A DNA stretch of 62,563 bases, counting the filler, from Xylographa opegraphella (taxonomy: Eukaryota): the NCBI GenBank assembly GCA_022813865.1. It is 8 parts of 8 records of this genome, joined end to end, with 100 filler letters (N's around TTAATTAATTAA, not from the genome) between each part and the next. Parts side by side here need not be neighbours in the genome. Positions count along the whole stretch, not along the records: positions 24,268 to 32,003 come from JALDZX010000195.1; positions 32,104 to 39,802 come from JALDZX010000196.1; 6 more parts are not named here. One strand, 5' to 3'. The translations under genes were made by a program, and so were the position numbers. The first letter of the stretch is position 1. The number at the start of each line of letters is the position of its first letter. Positions 25,297 to 35,457 of this stretch are shown piece after piece. Below the pieces are notes generated by a model. It saw nothing but the letters and a program-made list of their open reading frames with translations. It made no database searches and had not been told where the DNA came from.

Positions 25297-25594
25297 TAAT
25301 AATAAAAAATTTACATTAAAAACGAGTCGTGCACGGTCCCGAAACAATTTCTAGCCCTATATTCGCTGCTTCATGACATCGCTGCCATTAACATAAAACG
25401 TCCTCTGTTCTTCGAGTCTGAACATTTGGAGAACGAATACATTCTCTGAAAACTGCTTTCTTTCCGTATCTATTCCCGACTATTCCCGACTATAAATTTA
25501 TCCATCATGATCAGCACATCACGACACAAAGGCCGCAAGGGAGGCATACCGTACAGAGACCGAAACATTTGACGCACGTTTACCCGCTCTGGGA

Positions 25595-28500
25595 TCAAAT
25601 ATTGGAATCAAAGCCTTCCGTCAATTGCAAAGCTGTTATGGTTATATTGGATACACAGAGCAATGCAACAGTAATGGGTTTTTTAGAAGGATCAACACTC
25701 TGATCCACTGTTAAAGTGTACATCCATCGTGCTAGAAAATTGGCCATATTGGAACCCTCCTCAAGTCTAGCTGGTTCAGGGTCGTAGCCGGGTTCGGGAC
25801 TATCCAACTCTCTGAGGTGTGCACAGGAACAGATAAACGCTGGTATGGCCAGGTATAAGTTCACGTAGCTACTAAATTGACGAGGATCTTTGATGGGGTC
25901 CTTGGGTGGTGGTATCGTTACGACGGGGCCAGAGTTGAGCCCAAGCCGCCTTACAACCGGACCGGAGAGTGCAATCTGGGCTGCAATTGTGACACCAGTG
26001 GTCGCTCTCGACATCCACAAAAGCCATTCAGCTTCGGGCTCTTGCAAGCCGAGATAATTGCCGATAAATGCTGATATAGCTCCCATCACTCCCACAACTG
26101 TACAAGGTATTGATAGAGCGTTATTTCCATCCTCTTCCATAGCTTCTATTGGCTGGATAACAGTCTTGATCAATTGATAGCACCCGGCAAAGCCGTGCCC
26201 GATCATAAAAGCAAGTTTTGCATCGAAGCTTACAAAATCCGGAGTGCTTTGGGGTTGAGCGTCTTTGCTAACTGCCCTTACAGCAAGCTTGTTGATTGTC
26301 ATAGCCTTGGTGGATGATGTGGCAGCTTGCGTCGGGGGTTGACTCATCAGAGTCGACAAGCTGGTCCAATTTGGAGCAGAAGAAATCCTGTTAACCAAAG
26401 CATCGTCAGGAAATGGTGCTGAGCCCTCATGGGTGGCCATATATCCAAGAGTGGTAATACCGGCAGCGATCCAGCAGAACAGATCAACGATAGAGAGATC
26501 CGAGACTCCTAAGGCATTGAGGATATCTGAGATAACTGGAATATGGACCTTCTGGGTCAAAAGGTCCATGGCAGTGCTCGAAAGCTCGCAAAGGACTTTC
26601 AGAAGACAGTCTATCACGACCTGTGCACTTGAAAGAATGCCATCCGCGAGGATACCTACCAGCCGTTTGACCACGTCATTAGCGCTCATCGTCGTGATTT
26701 CAGCAGCCAGTGCCTGAAGCTGCTGACCAACCGCCCCAAGGACTGCACCTTCTTGTTCTAGCGCTGTCAGCAAATCCTGTACTATGTCTTGGGCAACACT
26801 CATGCTTGGAAGGTCACTCTGTATGCTCATCGAATCTGCGTTATCGGTGAAATGTCCCAACAACATCTGCGCTGGAGAGGTCAAGTTTTGTGCCGCATTC
26901 GTAGCGCTAGAGCCGAGAGGCGCTGCACCCGAAGAGCCAAATGTCGGCCAGCCATTGATACCAGCCCAGTTATTCACCTCACTCTCGAGGCCAGCCATTT
27001 TGCCGTCGAAAAGCGGTTGGATTTCCTTCAGGCCAGACATCACATCTTGAATATATAACGTCATCAAGCTACACATGATATCCTTTGTCCGGCGGATGTC
27101 GTCCCAGACAAAGAGGAACTCAAGCCAGAGAAGAACATCCTCGATGATAATCTTAAGCTTGTTAAATATCCATTCAGCCGCGCCGACTACTGCCTCGATC
27201 GAATCCAGTATTGCATGATACGCTTGACCGGCAATAGTTGTTACAAAACTCCACGTGTTACTCGCTGCGTCATGTATAATCTGAACGGCGGAGTCAAAGG
27301 CCGCGCTAGCTTCCGAAGCGCCCCACTGATACAAGTCACCAGCCCCAGCCTCGATACTGTTCAAGCCTGGTATAGAGACGAGAGACTTTGTCGGAGCAGC
27401 GAGCGCCACCCGGGATTCTGCCGCGGACACCTTGGGTGAGTCGAGGCCATGATAAGCTTGCGTCAAGGCGACGATACTGCTGGCGGCTGTATTGAGATCG
27501 TCATCCGAGATTGAGCTCGACACAAAAGGCTTGGATTGAGCAGGACCCATCACACCACCAGCTTTGATTCCTTGCGGGATTGTTGTGTTCTTGAGAGAAT
27601 CCCTGGTGTTCAGAGTGGCGAGCTTGTTGAAGGACTTCTCCATCGGGTTGATAGAGAGGGCTGCTGCGCCTCCGGCCGATACCTTAAGTATCGTACCGTT
27701 GATTTTAGTGACCGCCTCCACAATAATTAATGATCCATTGTTGTTGGTAAGCACATTCAATGGTACCTGGCCCAGGGTATAGTAAAGGCTGTTGATATAG
27801 ACGGGCGTGCGAGATTTGGCGGAGAGGGCAACACTCACTCCTTGGGCTGGAATATTATTCGCTTTACTCAATTGAAGAGTGGTAGTGTAGGACTTGAAGG
27901 ATAACGCAGGTTGTGTTGATTGCGTAGCGAGCGTGATCGCTTGAGCTTGCCACATCTTTGACGATGTTGTCGTTGCCTGTACCATCTTCTGTAACTTGCC
28001 CCCGCCTGCTGCGAATATCGTGTTGCCGCCATCGCTCCGATTGACGTATGCTGAGATATTCTCGACACCAGTGAGAACTGGGATGGGAACGCCCCACGAC
28101 CCAGATACATGGACTTTCTTGGTGGGACAAGAAGTGTAGTAGACAACGTCGCTTCCGTTTCGTCCCCAAAGTGTCGTCACACCGCCGTGGGTCATGGCGA
28201 TAAGTTGGCTAGTGCCAGCAAACATTGCATTGGTGAGAACAGACCTTCCGACGGCGCCATCAATACGCTGCCCCTGGGCATCGAAGCAGTAAAGTGTGGA
28301 GCCTCCAATGACATAAACATCTGTTGTTCCGTGTAGTGTAGGATTTGGGTCTTCATTTCGCGACGCAGCAATGGCTGACGCAGTAATGCCACCAGGAAGG
28401 CTCAGACGACTTGGCGTTGGAGGGCCGCTACCAAAAGCATTGATGATGGGCACATAGACAAACTGGGAGGATGTACCAGACTTGCCAATCGTATACACCC

Positions 28501-31291
28501 CATCAACGGAAGTCTTGACTTTTCTACCCACACAGCTCTGGTAATTGCCACTCTCGATATCTACAGGCACATCGTGCCGCACCCAACATGTTCCACCCGA
28601 TTTAGAAGGGTCGATGTAGTACCGAGTAATCTCCTTGACCGCAGTCACCGATGAACGGTTGATGTCCACGATGAGATATTGCTGCTTATTGATCGACTCT
28701 GAGAACAGAATGCTAGTGATTGAGATGGTAGACTGGTTTTCGTTTGGAGCGTCGAAAGGATAAGCGACCCAACCAGGCTGGGTGATCCACGAGGTGTTGG
28801 AATTAGAATTCGATAGAGAAACGAAGAGGTGATCGGAGCCACCAGACGATACGGCTATTGCTAGACCAATAGTCCCATCAAGAGCGCTCTGTCCGACATC
28901 GAAAGTACGCACGGTCGCACCAGGAAATTTATTCTGGATTGTGACTGTGGAAAGGTCAGTGTCGACCCAACCGGTCCGGCTTGTGCCACTTGATTCTGCG
29001 ACCACGTTGAGCACGCCCGAGGTGCTGATGGCAAATAGCAGGGCATGACCATCGGACGTCTGCAAAGCTTCGAACTTTCCCTGCGGCGACACGATTCCCC
29101 CCTGAATATAGTTTTGCATCAACTCCGACGAATACGTCAAACTGTAGGAGCCGAGGCTAGCAGTGCCGCTCGATTTACCGTTCGAGGGTGTCTTACCATT
29201 GTCTAACTGAATAGGCTTTGAACCAGCCGGGCTTGCGCCAGCAATGCCTTCCATTTTACTGTTGGAGGGCGTAGTACTATCATCTAGCGGGATTGGTTTA
29301 GAATTGGCTGAGTTTGTGCCGCTCGGTGTTGGGAAGCCAGGCGCCACTGTTGACTGACTGTGGGAACCATGAGATGAACTTGGGTCGATCGTAGCACTCG
29401 GCGGTATAGTATTCTTGTTTGGCGGGACGGGCTTTGTACCAGCTGAGCTTGTAACGCTGGGGATAGGGACGCCAGGTGCCACTGGTACCAGCTTAGGCGT
29501 CGCCTGTTTGACTGAACTCGGGTCCACGTAGGTGATGGCACATAAAAGATCTTGGCCGGTGGAGAACATGGCGGATTTGAACGTAAAGACCCTTGCGCCC
29601 GGAAAGATGAAGTTCTGCAAATGGTCAAACGGGATCGACTTTAGCTTAGTCGCACTAAAGGCACTAATATTTTTCTTGATGTCGTCCATCAGGTTATTGA
29701 GATTGGTGAAGAAATTGAGGATTCCACTTTCGTACGGGCTCTGAGAGTGGTCCTCGGTCTTGGAACTTGTTTTTGTGGTCTGCAGGCTTCCATTCTGGTC
29801 AACAGAGATGGTGTATTCATCAGTAATGGTCGTATCGACAACGTTGACGGTCTCCGATGAGCTGTCGAAGCGAACGTAAACTCTGAATACTATATGTTGC
29901 GCTACAGTGATGATATTGGCGCTGAAGGTTACGTTGCAAGAGTAGCTGGGTAAAATCTGCAGCGCAGCGGTTGTAGCCCCGTCGCTCTCAACATGAGAGT
30001 CATAGTTCGTTGTATATGATATGTTGATAACATTGGGCCCACTAGGAGTGACCCAGACGCTGCTCGGTTTCTGGTCTGGGTATAAATCCCAATAATAACT
30101 GGCTTTGCCCTGCCAATGAGCCGTAGTCGAAAAATCAGCTTTGACGCAACACGCCGTGGCAATGGGTAACAGCTCTTGAAGAACGTGGTTGGCGATGACA
30201 TTGCGGTTGATAGCTATGATACCGCTCTCCGTATCAACATCTGAAGGCTCAACCCAATTCCAATCGAAAGCGGCTGGAGCTGCCAGCTGGTGGCCATTGA
30301 CAGCACAGAGGTAATTGAGCGTGGTGGCATCTTGCTGGGCAGGTGTCGGGTTTGCCACGTTGAAAAGCGGACTTACCTCCCATTCCAATCCTGTTAACGC
30401 CAATACCGAGGGATCGGACTCGGGAACCACCTTTTTTAGCGGAATGAACAGGTCTCCGATATATTCCTCTATTGGAGCAAGCTGAGGAATAGTTGACGTC
30501 GGAGATAAAGCCTTTACTGAGAGAATTGGGCTGCCATGCTGCTCGATACTGGCAATATAGGTGGGGATAAAGCTCTCAATTATCATTCTTGACGCTATAG
30601 AATTTTCCGGGACGAAGAATGGAGTTGGGTTTGTCATCGAAGCATGATCTAAATCGAACAGGAGCTGTTGCAGGCTGAAGGCATTACCTGACTTCTTCAA
30701 GACATTCACCTTCGCAAGGAGGGCAGCCTTATGCTTGGAGCCACTATTTTGGAAGTACGGGACGTTCAGCGTAACGTCGAGATCCTGTGAGACGAGGCCT
30801 ACATGCGTCCGCACGAACCACGCCGATCCTGGTGGTTGGGTCGAAACGGCCCACGTGCTCTGGTGATTCTGTACCATATATAACTGTGAACAGTACATAG
30901 TGAACTGGATCTCGGAAGCACTGTTGCCAAGGACCACGATCGGCAGATCTTTTGGCATCGTTCCAGGTGGTATGCCCATTTGCATTTTGAGACCGCCGGC
31001 AAAGTTTGCTTTGGTGAGGGCTGCGATGCGTGGATCACTTGGAGGAGTCTGGTCCGGTATCTCGAAGGGATTCACACCACCCGTCAGTGTCAGCAGCTTG
31101 TCTAGAGTGATCTGAATCATCGGGTGGCCACTCCTTGGATTGGAGTTGTTAAGAAAACATATGTAGGAAACCGGTTGCTTCGCCTGGCAAAGCCACTCCC
31201 ATAAAGTCGAGTTGAGACTGGCCTGAGTGGTTGCCACCACAATGTCATAGCCGTACTTTGCATTGGACAGGTTGGAAGTAACGACACCCAT
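25595..31291 (-). CDS. 1898-aa intronless hypothetical protein; possible OrfX/P47(TULIP)-like domain fused to a beta-propeller/Ig-like/hydrophobic-helix module
   Basis: 5.7-kb uninterrupted ORF with normal GC and ATG in gaaATGG context; no evident signal peptide; domain reading is inferred from motifs and composition only. Confidence 0.85.
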   Translation of the reverse strand: MGVVTSNLSNAKYGYDIVVATTQASLNSTLWEWLCQAKQPVSYICFLNNSNPRSGHPMIQITLDKLLTLTGGVNPFEIPDQTPPSDPRIAALTKANFAGGLKMQMGIPPGTMPKDLPIVVLGNSASEIQFTMYCSQLYMVQNHQSTWAVSTQPPGSAWFVRTHVGLVSQDLDVTLNVPYFQNSGSKHKAALLAKVNVLKKSGNAFSLQQLLFDLDHASMTNPTPFFVPENSIASRMIIESFIPTYIASIEQHGSPILSVKALSPTSTIPQLAPIEEYIGDLFIPLKKVVPESDPSVLALTGLEWEVSPLFNVANPTPAQQDATTLNYLCAVNGHQLAAPAAFDWNWVEPSDVDTESGIIAINRNVIANHVLQELLPIATACCVKADFSTTAHWQGKASYYWDLYPDQKPSSVWVTPSGPNVINISYTTNYDSHVESDGATTAALQILPSYSCNVTFSANIITVAQHIVFRVYVRFDSSSETVNVVDTTITDEYTISVDQNGSLQTTKTSSKTEDHSQSPYESGILNFFTNLNNLMDDIKKNISAFSATKLKSIPFDHLQNFIFPGARVFTFKSAMFSTGQDLLCAITYVDPSSVKQATPKLVPVAPGVPIPSVTSSAGTKPVPPNKNTIPPSATIDPSSSHGSHSQSTVAPGFPTPSGTNSANSKPIPLDDSTTPSNSKMEGIAGASPAGSKPIQLDNGKTPSNGKSSGTASLGSYSLTYSSELMQNYIQGGIVSPQGKFEALQTSDGHALLFAISTSGVLNVVAESSGTSRTGWVDTDLSTVTIQNKFPGATVRTFDVGQSALDGTIGLAIAVSSGGSDHLFVSLSNSNSNTSWITQPGWVAYPFDAPNENQSTISITSILFSESINKQQYLIVDINRSSVTAVKEITRYYIDPSKSGGTCWVRHDVPVDIESGNYQSCVGRKVKTSVDGVYTIGKSGTSSQFVYVPIINAFGSGPPTPSRLSLPGGITASAIAASRNEDPNPTLHGTTDVYVIGGSTLYCFDAQGQRIDGAVGRSVLTNAMFAGTSQLIAMTHGGVTTLWGRNGSDVVYYTSCPTKKVHVSGSWGVPIPVLTGVENISAYVNRSDGGNTIFAAGGGKLQKMVQATTTSSKMWQAQAITLATQSTQPALSFKSYTTTLQLSKANNIPAQGVSVALSAKSRTPVYINSLYYTLGQVPLNVLTNNNGSLIIVEAVTKINGTILKVSAGGAAALSINPMEKSFNKLATLNTRDSLKNTTIPQGIKAGGVMGPAQSKPFVSSSISDDDLNTAASSIVALTQAYHGLDSPKVSAAESRVALAAPTKSLVSIPGLNSIEAGAGDLYQWGASEASAAFDSAVQIIHDAASNTWSFVTTIAGQAYHAILDSIEAVVGAAEWIFNKLKIIIEDVLLWLEFLFVWDDIRRTKDIMCSLMTLYIQDVMSGLKEIQPLFDGKMAGLESEVNNWAGINGWPTFGSSGAAPLGSSATNAAQNLTSPAQMLLGHFTDNADSMSIQSDLPSMSVAQDIVQDLLTALEQEGAVLGAVGQQLQALAAEITTMSANDVVKRLVGILADGILSSAQVVIDCLLKVLCELSSTAMDLLTQKVHIPVISDILNALGVSDLSIVDLFCWIAAGITTLGYMATHEGSAPFPDDALVNRISSAPNWTSLSTLMSQPPTQAATSSTKAMTINKLAVRAVSKDAQPQSTPDFVSFDAKLAFMIGHGFAGCYQLIKTVIQPIEAMEEDGNNALSIPCTVVGVMGAISAFIGNYLGLQEPEAEWLLWMSRATTGVTIAAQIALSGPVVRRLGLNSGPVVTIPPPKDPIKDPRQFSSYVNLYLAIPAFICSCAHLRELDSPEPGYDPEPARLEEGSNMANFLARWMYTLTVDQSVDPSKKPITVALLCVSNITITALQLTEGFDSNI

Positions 31292-31930
31292 TTCCGTAAC
31301 CGGCCCTCGTCAGGATGAATATTATGGTAATATGAACAGGACGAAAACGGAGTCCGCAATCACTGGGGATAATCTAACATTTACGGTCCCAGAGCGATGC
31401 TTAAAAGCATCCGAGGAATGAACTATACTTACCCCCAAAAGATATAGCTGGCTGAACATGAGGTTCTAGACCATCAGCTCGAAGCACTCCAGCCTGCGAG
31501 GCTGAAGATAGGCTTGATATTGCATAGCCACTAATGCTTCTGACTACTGACACTCAGCTGTCATTGGTCTGACGCGAAAAGGGTGAGAATAAGCAATTCA
31601 CACTATTGACTTCAGCTGAGGATGAGGGCCACGAACGGTTCAAAGCAGCCAGGTTAGTTGACGCTAGCAGAAGGTCAATCGTGCCATATCGGGTATTAGG
31701 GCTCCTGCTGCCTTTGTTAGCCGAGCTTAGCGTCAAACGAGTGGTTAAACTCACTTTTACAGACAACATTCGCGTCCTTGCGTGATTATCCTTTCATCGA
31801 TTCCATCGGCCATATTTACGAATTCATTGCAGCGTAGCTGCTAATAAAATGACTGGGCTCGCGACGGTCATAAAAATCTGGACGTACTAATCATATTAAG
31901 CATTAATTCGGCACTGCGATCATTTTGTAT

Positions 31931-32003
31931 TGATAAGGTTCTAGCCAATACTGTGTGGAACAAGGATTGGAAGAACTATAGTCCGATGCCTCCGTTGCCT
32001 CTG
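31931..32003 (+). mobile_element. LTR end, TG(T/A)TAAGG family, at scaffold edge
   Basis: Similar to the reverse complements of 32104-32166 and 55190-55246 (tactgtgtggaacaRgg core). Confidence 0.7.
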
Positions 32004-32103
32004 NNNNNNNNNNNNNNNNNNNNNNNNNNNNNNNNNNNNNNNNNNNNTTAATTAATTAANNNNNNNNNNNNNNNNNNNNNNNNNNNNNNNNNNNNNNNNN
32101 NNN
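32004..32103. other. Artificial scaffold spacer
   Basis: N44-TTAATTAATTAA-N44. Confidence 0.97.
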
Positions 32104-32166
32104 GAGGCATCCGGATTATAGTTCCTCCAATCCCTGTTCCACACAGTACTGGTCAGAACCTTAACA
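32104..32166 (-). mobile_element. LTR end, TGTTAAGG family, at scaffold edge
   Basis: Ends ...cctgttccacacagtactggtcagaaccttaaca; related to 31931-32003 and 55169-55246. Confidence 0.7.
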
Positions 32167-32477
32167 TGTGCGATTAAACCTTTCAACGATGAACGCTGAT
32201 TAATTTATATTTCAATCTATTGTAAACAACTGCTGGAATTCTTTCGAAGCAAGAATCTGGCGGGGGGAGCTAATAATAAGATTCTGATCAATATTGTATG
32301 CAACAAAGGGTCGAAGAAACTTTATTCCGGCTGCCTTTTATGCCCCCCTTAGGAGGCATGGGAGGCATAGGCCTTTTGCCTTAATGGCCTCCCTTAAAAG
32401 GCATGAGAGGCATTTTAAAACAGGACTTCTATATAAAGCGAAGGATTCCCTTTATTGTAAAAGGCGTGTTCAACTTA

Positions 32478-32639
32478 TGTTATGATCTTAGGATAGTAGA
32501 CTTCAATACAAACATTCTGTACGAAAACTATTACTCTTGAAGAATTATTAAACTGTTACGGTGCCTTCCTATTCATTCATTAACAAATTCAACCCAGATC
32601 CCTAATCGAACTATATTAGTGAGAAGCAGGATCGTAACA
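32478..32639 (+). mobile_element. Solo LTR (162 bp)
   Basis: TGTTATGATC...GATCGTAACA inverted termini; 3' part shared with 8317-8433. Confidence 0.7.
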
Positions 32640-32735
32640 AGGGCCTTCGCCCATCTTCCAGAAACTTTCATCCCCGGGTAGCCACACTCGCCGCGGGGGT
32701 CCCCTTCGGGGGCGCCCCTCGGGGACTCGAGCTTG
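32640..32735 (+). mobile_element. GC-rich terminus with hairpins, Helitron-like 3' end
   Basis: Hairpins CCCCTTCGGGG and CCCCTCGGGG, then CTTG followed by T; decayed homologues end the repeats at 46660 and 7151. Confidence 0.45.
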
Positions 32736-33060
32736 TAGGTTCCCATTCCAACAATGACAAATTTTTAAAATTACGGGAAGTTGAATTTGAAGGTATTTGC
32801 TTTCAACTTTTTAATTAATAATAAACTAACCCGAAAGGCCTTAGCGCCCGATACGTTTGAAGTACTAAAGTAACTTAAACGTGTTTGCTCCGAGTTTGTT
32901 AGTCAGCAGTATAAGAGAACTAACCCGCAAGGACTTAGTGTGTCACATCTGAGGGACTAAGGCAAACCTCCGAGGCAGTACTTCGTACTCCGTACATTTC
33001 TTCCATATTTGCATCTGATCCACGGTGCCACTCGATAACCTGCCGACAACGTGGCGCTCA

Positions 33061-35457
33061 ATGCTGTTGTCTCGGTTGGAGAGGTCTATCTGCAAATCCT
33101 GCAGATCACGTCTCCTGTTGCTCGTTGTCGAAGGGCTTACAGTATCATTTCGTGCGCAACGGACACAACAAATCATCACAAGCAATATAGAATTATCTAC
33201 AGGTGGGCAACGATTTTATCACAGAAGCCATGCACAATTTCGAACATTGGAGTCTCTTACAGAGAAAGCTCATGAGCACAGAGAGTCAGACAACAGAAGA
33301 TCTTCAGCTGAAATAGAAATTTCGGTACGAAGGGCACGGCAGGTTTTTGGAGAGACCCTACCGACAAATTTTCTTTCGCCAGACGAGTATAATGTTTACG
33401 AAAGGCTCTATGGGGCTCCACTCCGGCAAGCTAGACCAGAAGGTGTCGATCCTCAGGCTTCTGTCGCGAAGGTGATTGAAGAGGTTGATAGAGATACTAG
33501 AAGTGTACTAATGAAGGAGAATGCACATGGAAACCTGGAGGAGGTCGAATATGAAGAGGATGCTGAGATAAGCTTAGACGAACTTCCAGATCGCAGGAAG
33601 CTTGAACCTGCAGGGGGCAGCAGAGACCAGATTGAAGCTCCGTTGATGGTCTACCCACGTCTAGCTGCACACACTTCTGCATCAGGGTGCGAGGAGGCAC
33701 CCCTTTTTTCGACAGGAAAGCCTCGAACCACAGAAATGGAAGATTCAAACAACGCGAACAGCCCGTATCTCGAGAGCCACGAGCAGCAAGACATCGAGGA
33801 CAACGGTGACGAGTTCTTCGACGATCTTTCACTACGAGCTCATCCTCTTACCATAGCTGGAAGATTCACCACCTCTCCAGCAACAATGCATCTACCTAGG
33901 CAAGGTTTGGTTCATCCAGTTGATGCAATGCTCTCAAATTTGTCCTGGAAGCACCTTATCGATGTAGCTGAGCGGACATTTGGTGGTCCAGGGCTACCAG
34001 ATTCAACTGCCACCGCATACCGCAAAGGACACCTACAACAGAAGCCTGTTGCGCTCGAAGCCTCACAATCAAAGATGAGTGATATGGAAGCAGATGTCTA
34101 CATGGCTGCGATCATGCCAGGCGCTTATGCTGCGGTCATGAGCACACTTATTGAGACTCGAAGACGACTTGGCTCGCATTGGCTTGTGAGCTTGCTAAAA
34201 AAACCAGGGGGATCTCGTGTACTTGATACGGGAGCAGGAGGGGCAGGAATCGTGGCATGGAGAGAAATTGTGCGTGCTGAATGGGAACGTTTGCATCCTG
34301 ATAGACTTATCGAAGGGATTGAGCCTCCGTTTGGTAAGGCTACCGTAATCACTGGGTCTCCAGAGCTTCGGCGTCGGGCAAGCCGGCTGTTAGATAATAC
34401 GACATTCTTACCCCGACTACCCGACTATGTTCCTGCGAGAGATCTGCCTCCCACTTCACAAGGTGACGCGTCCACCAGGAAACAGTATGATGTTATTATT
34501 GCGCCTCACACTCTCTGGACGCTGAAAGAAGACTATATGCGAAAATCCCAAGTACAAAATTTGTGGGCACTACTGAATCCGGATGGCGGGGTGCTTATAA
34601 TTATTGAAAAAGGAGTCCCAAGAGGCTTCGAACTCGTAGCTGGTGCGCGTGAGGTTTTGCTGAAGAACCAGATTTCCTCCCCTGGAATGGAGCAAGTTGA
34701 GAATGAACAGCACAACACATCAGAGACGCGGTTCGCCAAGAAGGAGAGCGGCATGATTATTGCCCCCTGTACAAATCATGCACAGTGTCCTATGTACACT
34801 GTTCCCGGTCGGAGTAAAGGCAGAAAAGACCATTGCCACTTTTCCCAGCGATTTATTCGTCCTGCTTACCTACAGCAGATATTAGGTGGCAGAGGTCGCA
34901 ACCATGAGGATATCTGCTTTAGCTACATTGCTGTACAGCGTGGTGAGGATCAGCGACAAAGAGAAAGCGTGAAGCAAGGCGACCCAGCTACCTTGGCCGC
35001 TTTCGCCGGATATGGGGACCACGACTCTGTCACTGTATCGTCGTCTCAGTCACTTAAAGAAGAGGGCAGCCTTTGTCAGCCGCACATGCTGGCTCTTCCT
35101 CGCACGATCATGCCACCGTTGAAGCGAAAGGGACATGTCACATTAGATGTCTGCACTCCCTCAGGCCAGTTGGAACGCTGGACCGTTCCCAAATCTTTTA
35201 GTAAGCAAGCATATCGAGATGCCCGAAAGTCCAAGTGGGGAGACCTCTGGGCTCTGGGGGCTAAGACTAGAGTCCTCAGACAAGCACGGGTCGGACATCT
35301 CAAAGACGGGAAGAAACCCCCACGGGTGATCAAAGTCGACGTAGGCGCTCATGAAAGTCAGGACCGAGTACGAGAGGCTTCTACCAAGCAGAATCAGTAC
35401 ACCAAGAGAGACAAGAAGGGAATGAGACAGAGGAAAGTAGTCGATGGGGATTTGTAG
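33061..35457 (+). CDS. RSM22: Mitochondrial small ribosomal subunit assembly factor Rsm22 (METTL17-like methyltransferase fold)
   Basis: Arg/Ser/Leu-rich presequence from ATG 33061; VLDTGAGGAG SAM motif; LIIIEKGVPRGFE; IIAPCTNHAQCPM...CHFSQRF; VTLDVCTPSGQLERWTVPKS; YRDARKSKWGDLW. Confidence 0.93.
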   Translation: MLLSRLERSICKSCRSRLLLLVVEGLTVSFRAQRTQQIITSNIELSTGGQRFYHRSHAQFRTLESLTEKAHEHRESDNRRSSAEIEISVRRARQVFGETLPTNFLSPDEYNVYERLYGAPLRQARPEGVDPQASVAKVIEEVDRDTRSVLMKENAHGNLEEVEYEEDAEISLDELPDRRKLEPAGGSRDQIEAPLMVYPRLAAHTSASGCEEAPLFSTGKPRTTEMEDSNNANSPYLESHEQQDIEDNGDEFFDDLSLRAHPLTIAGRFTTSPATMHLPRQGLVHPVDAMLSNLSWKHLIDVAERTFGGPGLPDSTATAYRKGHLQQKPVALEASQSKMSDMEADVYMAAIMPGAYAAVMSTLIETRRRLGSHWLVSLLKKPGGSRVLDTGAGGAGIVAWREIVRAEWERLHPDRLIEGIEPPFGKATVITGSPELRRRASRLLDNTTFLPRLPDYVPARDLPPTSQGDASTRKQYDVIIAPHTLWTLKEDYMRKSQVQNLWALLNPDGGVLIIIEKGVPRGFELVAGAREVLLKNQISSPGMEQVENEQHNTSETRFAKKESGMIIAPCTNHAQCPMYTVPGRSKGRKDHCHFSQRFIRPAYLQQILGGRGRNHEDICFSYIAVQRGEDQRQRESVKQGDPATLAAFAGYGDHDSVTVSSSQSLKEEGSLCQPHMLALPRTIMPPLKRKGHVTLDVCTPSGQLERWTVPKSFSKQAYRDARKSKWGDLWALGAKTRVLRQARVGHLKDGKKPPRVIKVDVGAHESQDRVREASTKQNQYTKRDKKGMRQRKVVDGDL

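Noticed and set aside
25470..25493. 10-bp direct duplication CTATTCCCGA downstream of the giant gene as an excision footprint
   Set aside because: Single short duplication with no supporting element; may be slippage
31931..32166. Apparent terminal inverted repeats flanking a gap, resembling a DNA transposon next to the giant gene
   Set aside because: The gap is an artificial spacer between unrelated scaffolds; both simply end in the same LTR family (third copy at 55169-55246), the arms are diverged and there is no TSD
33025..33060. GTG-initiated N-terminal extension of RSM22 in the ORF track
   Set aside because: Eukaryotic gene; ATG at 33061 gives a plausible mitochondrial presequence
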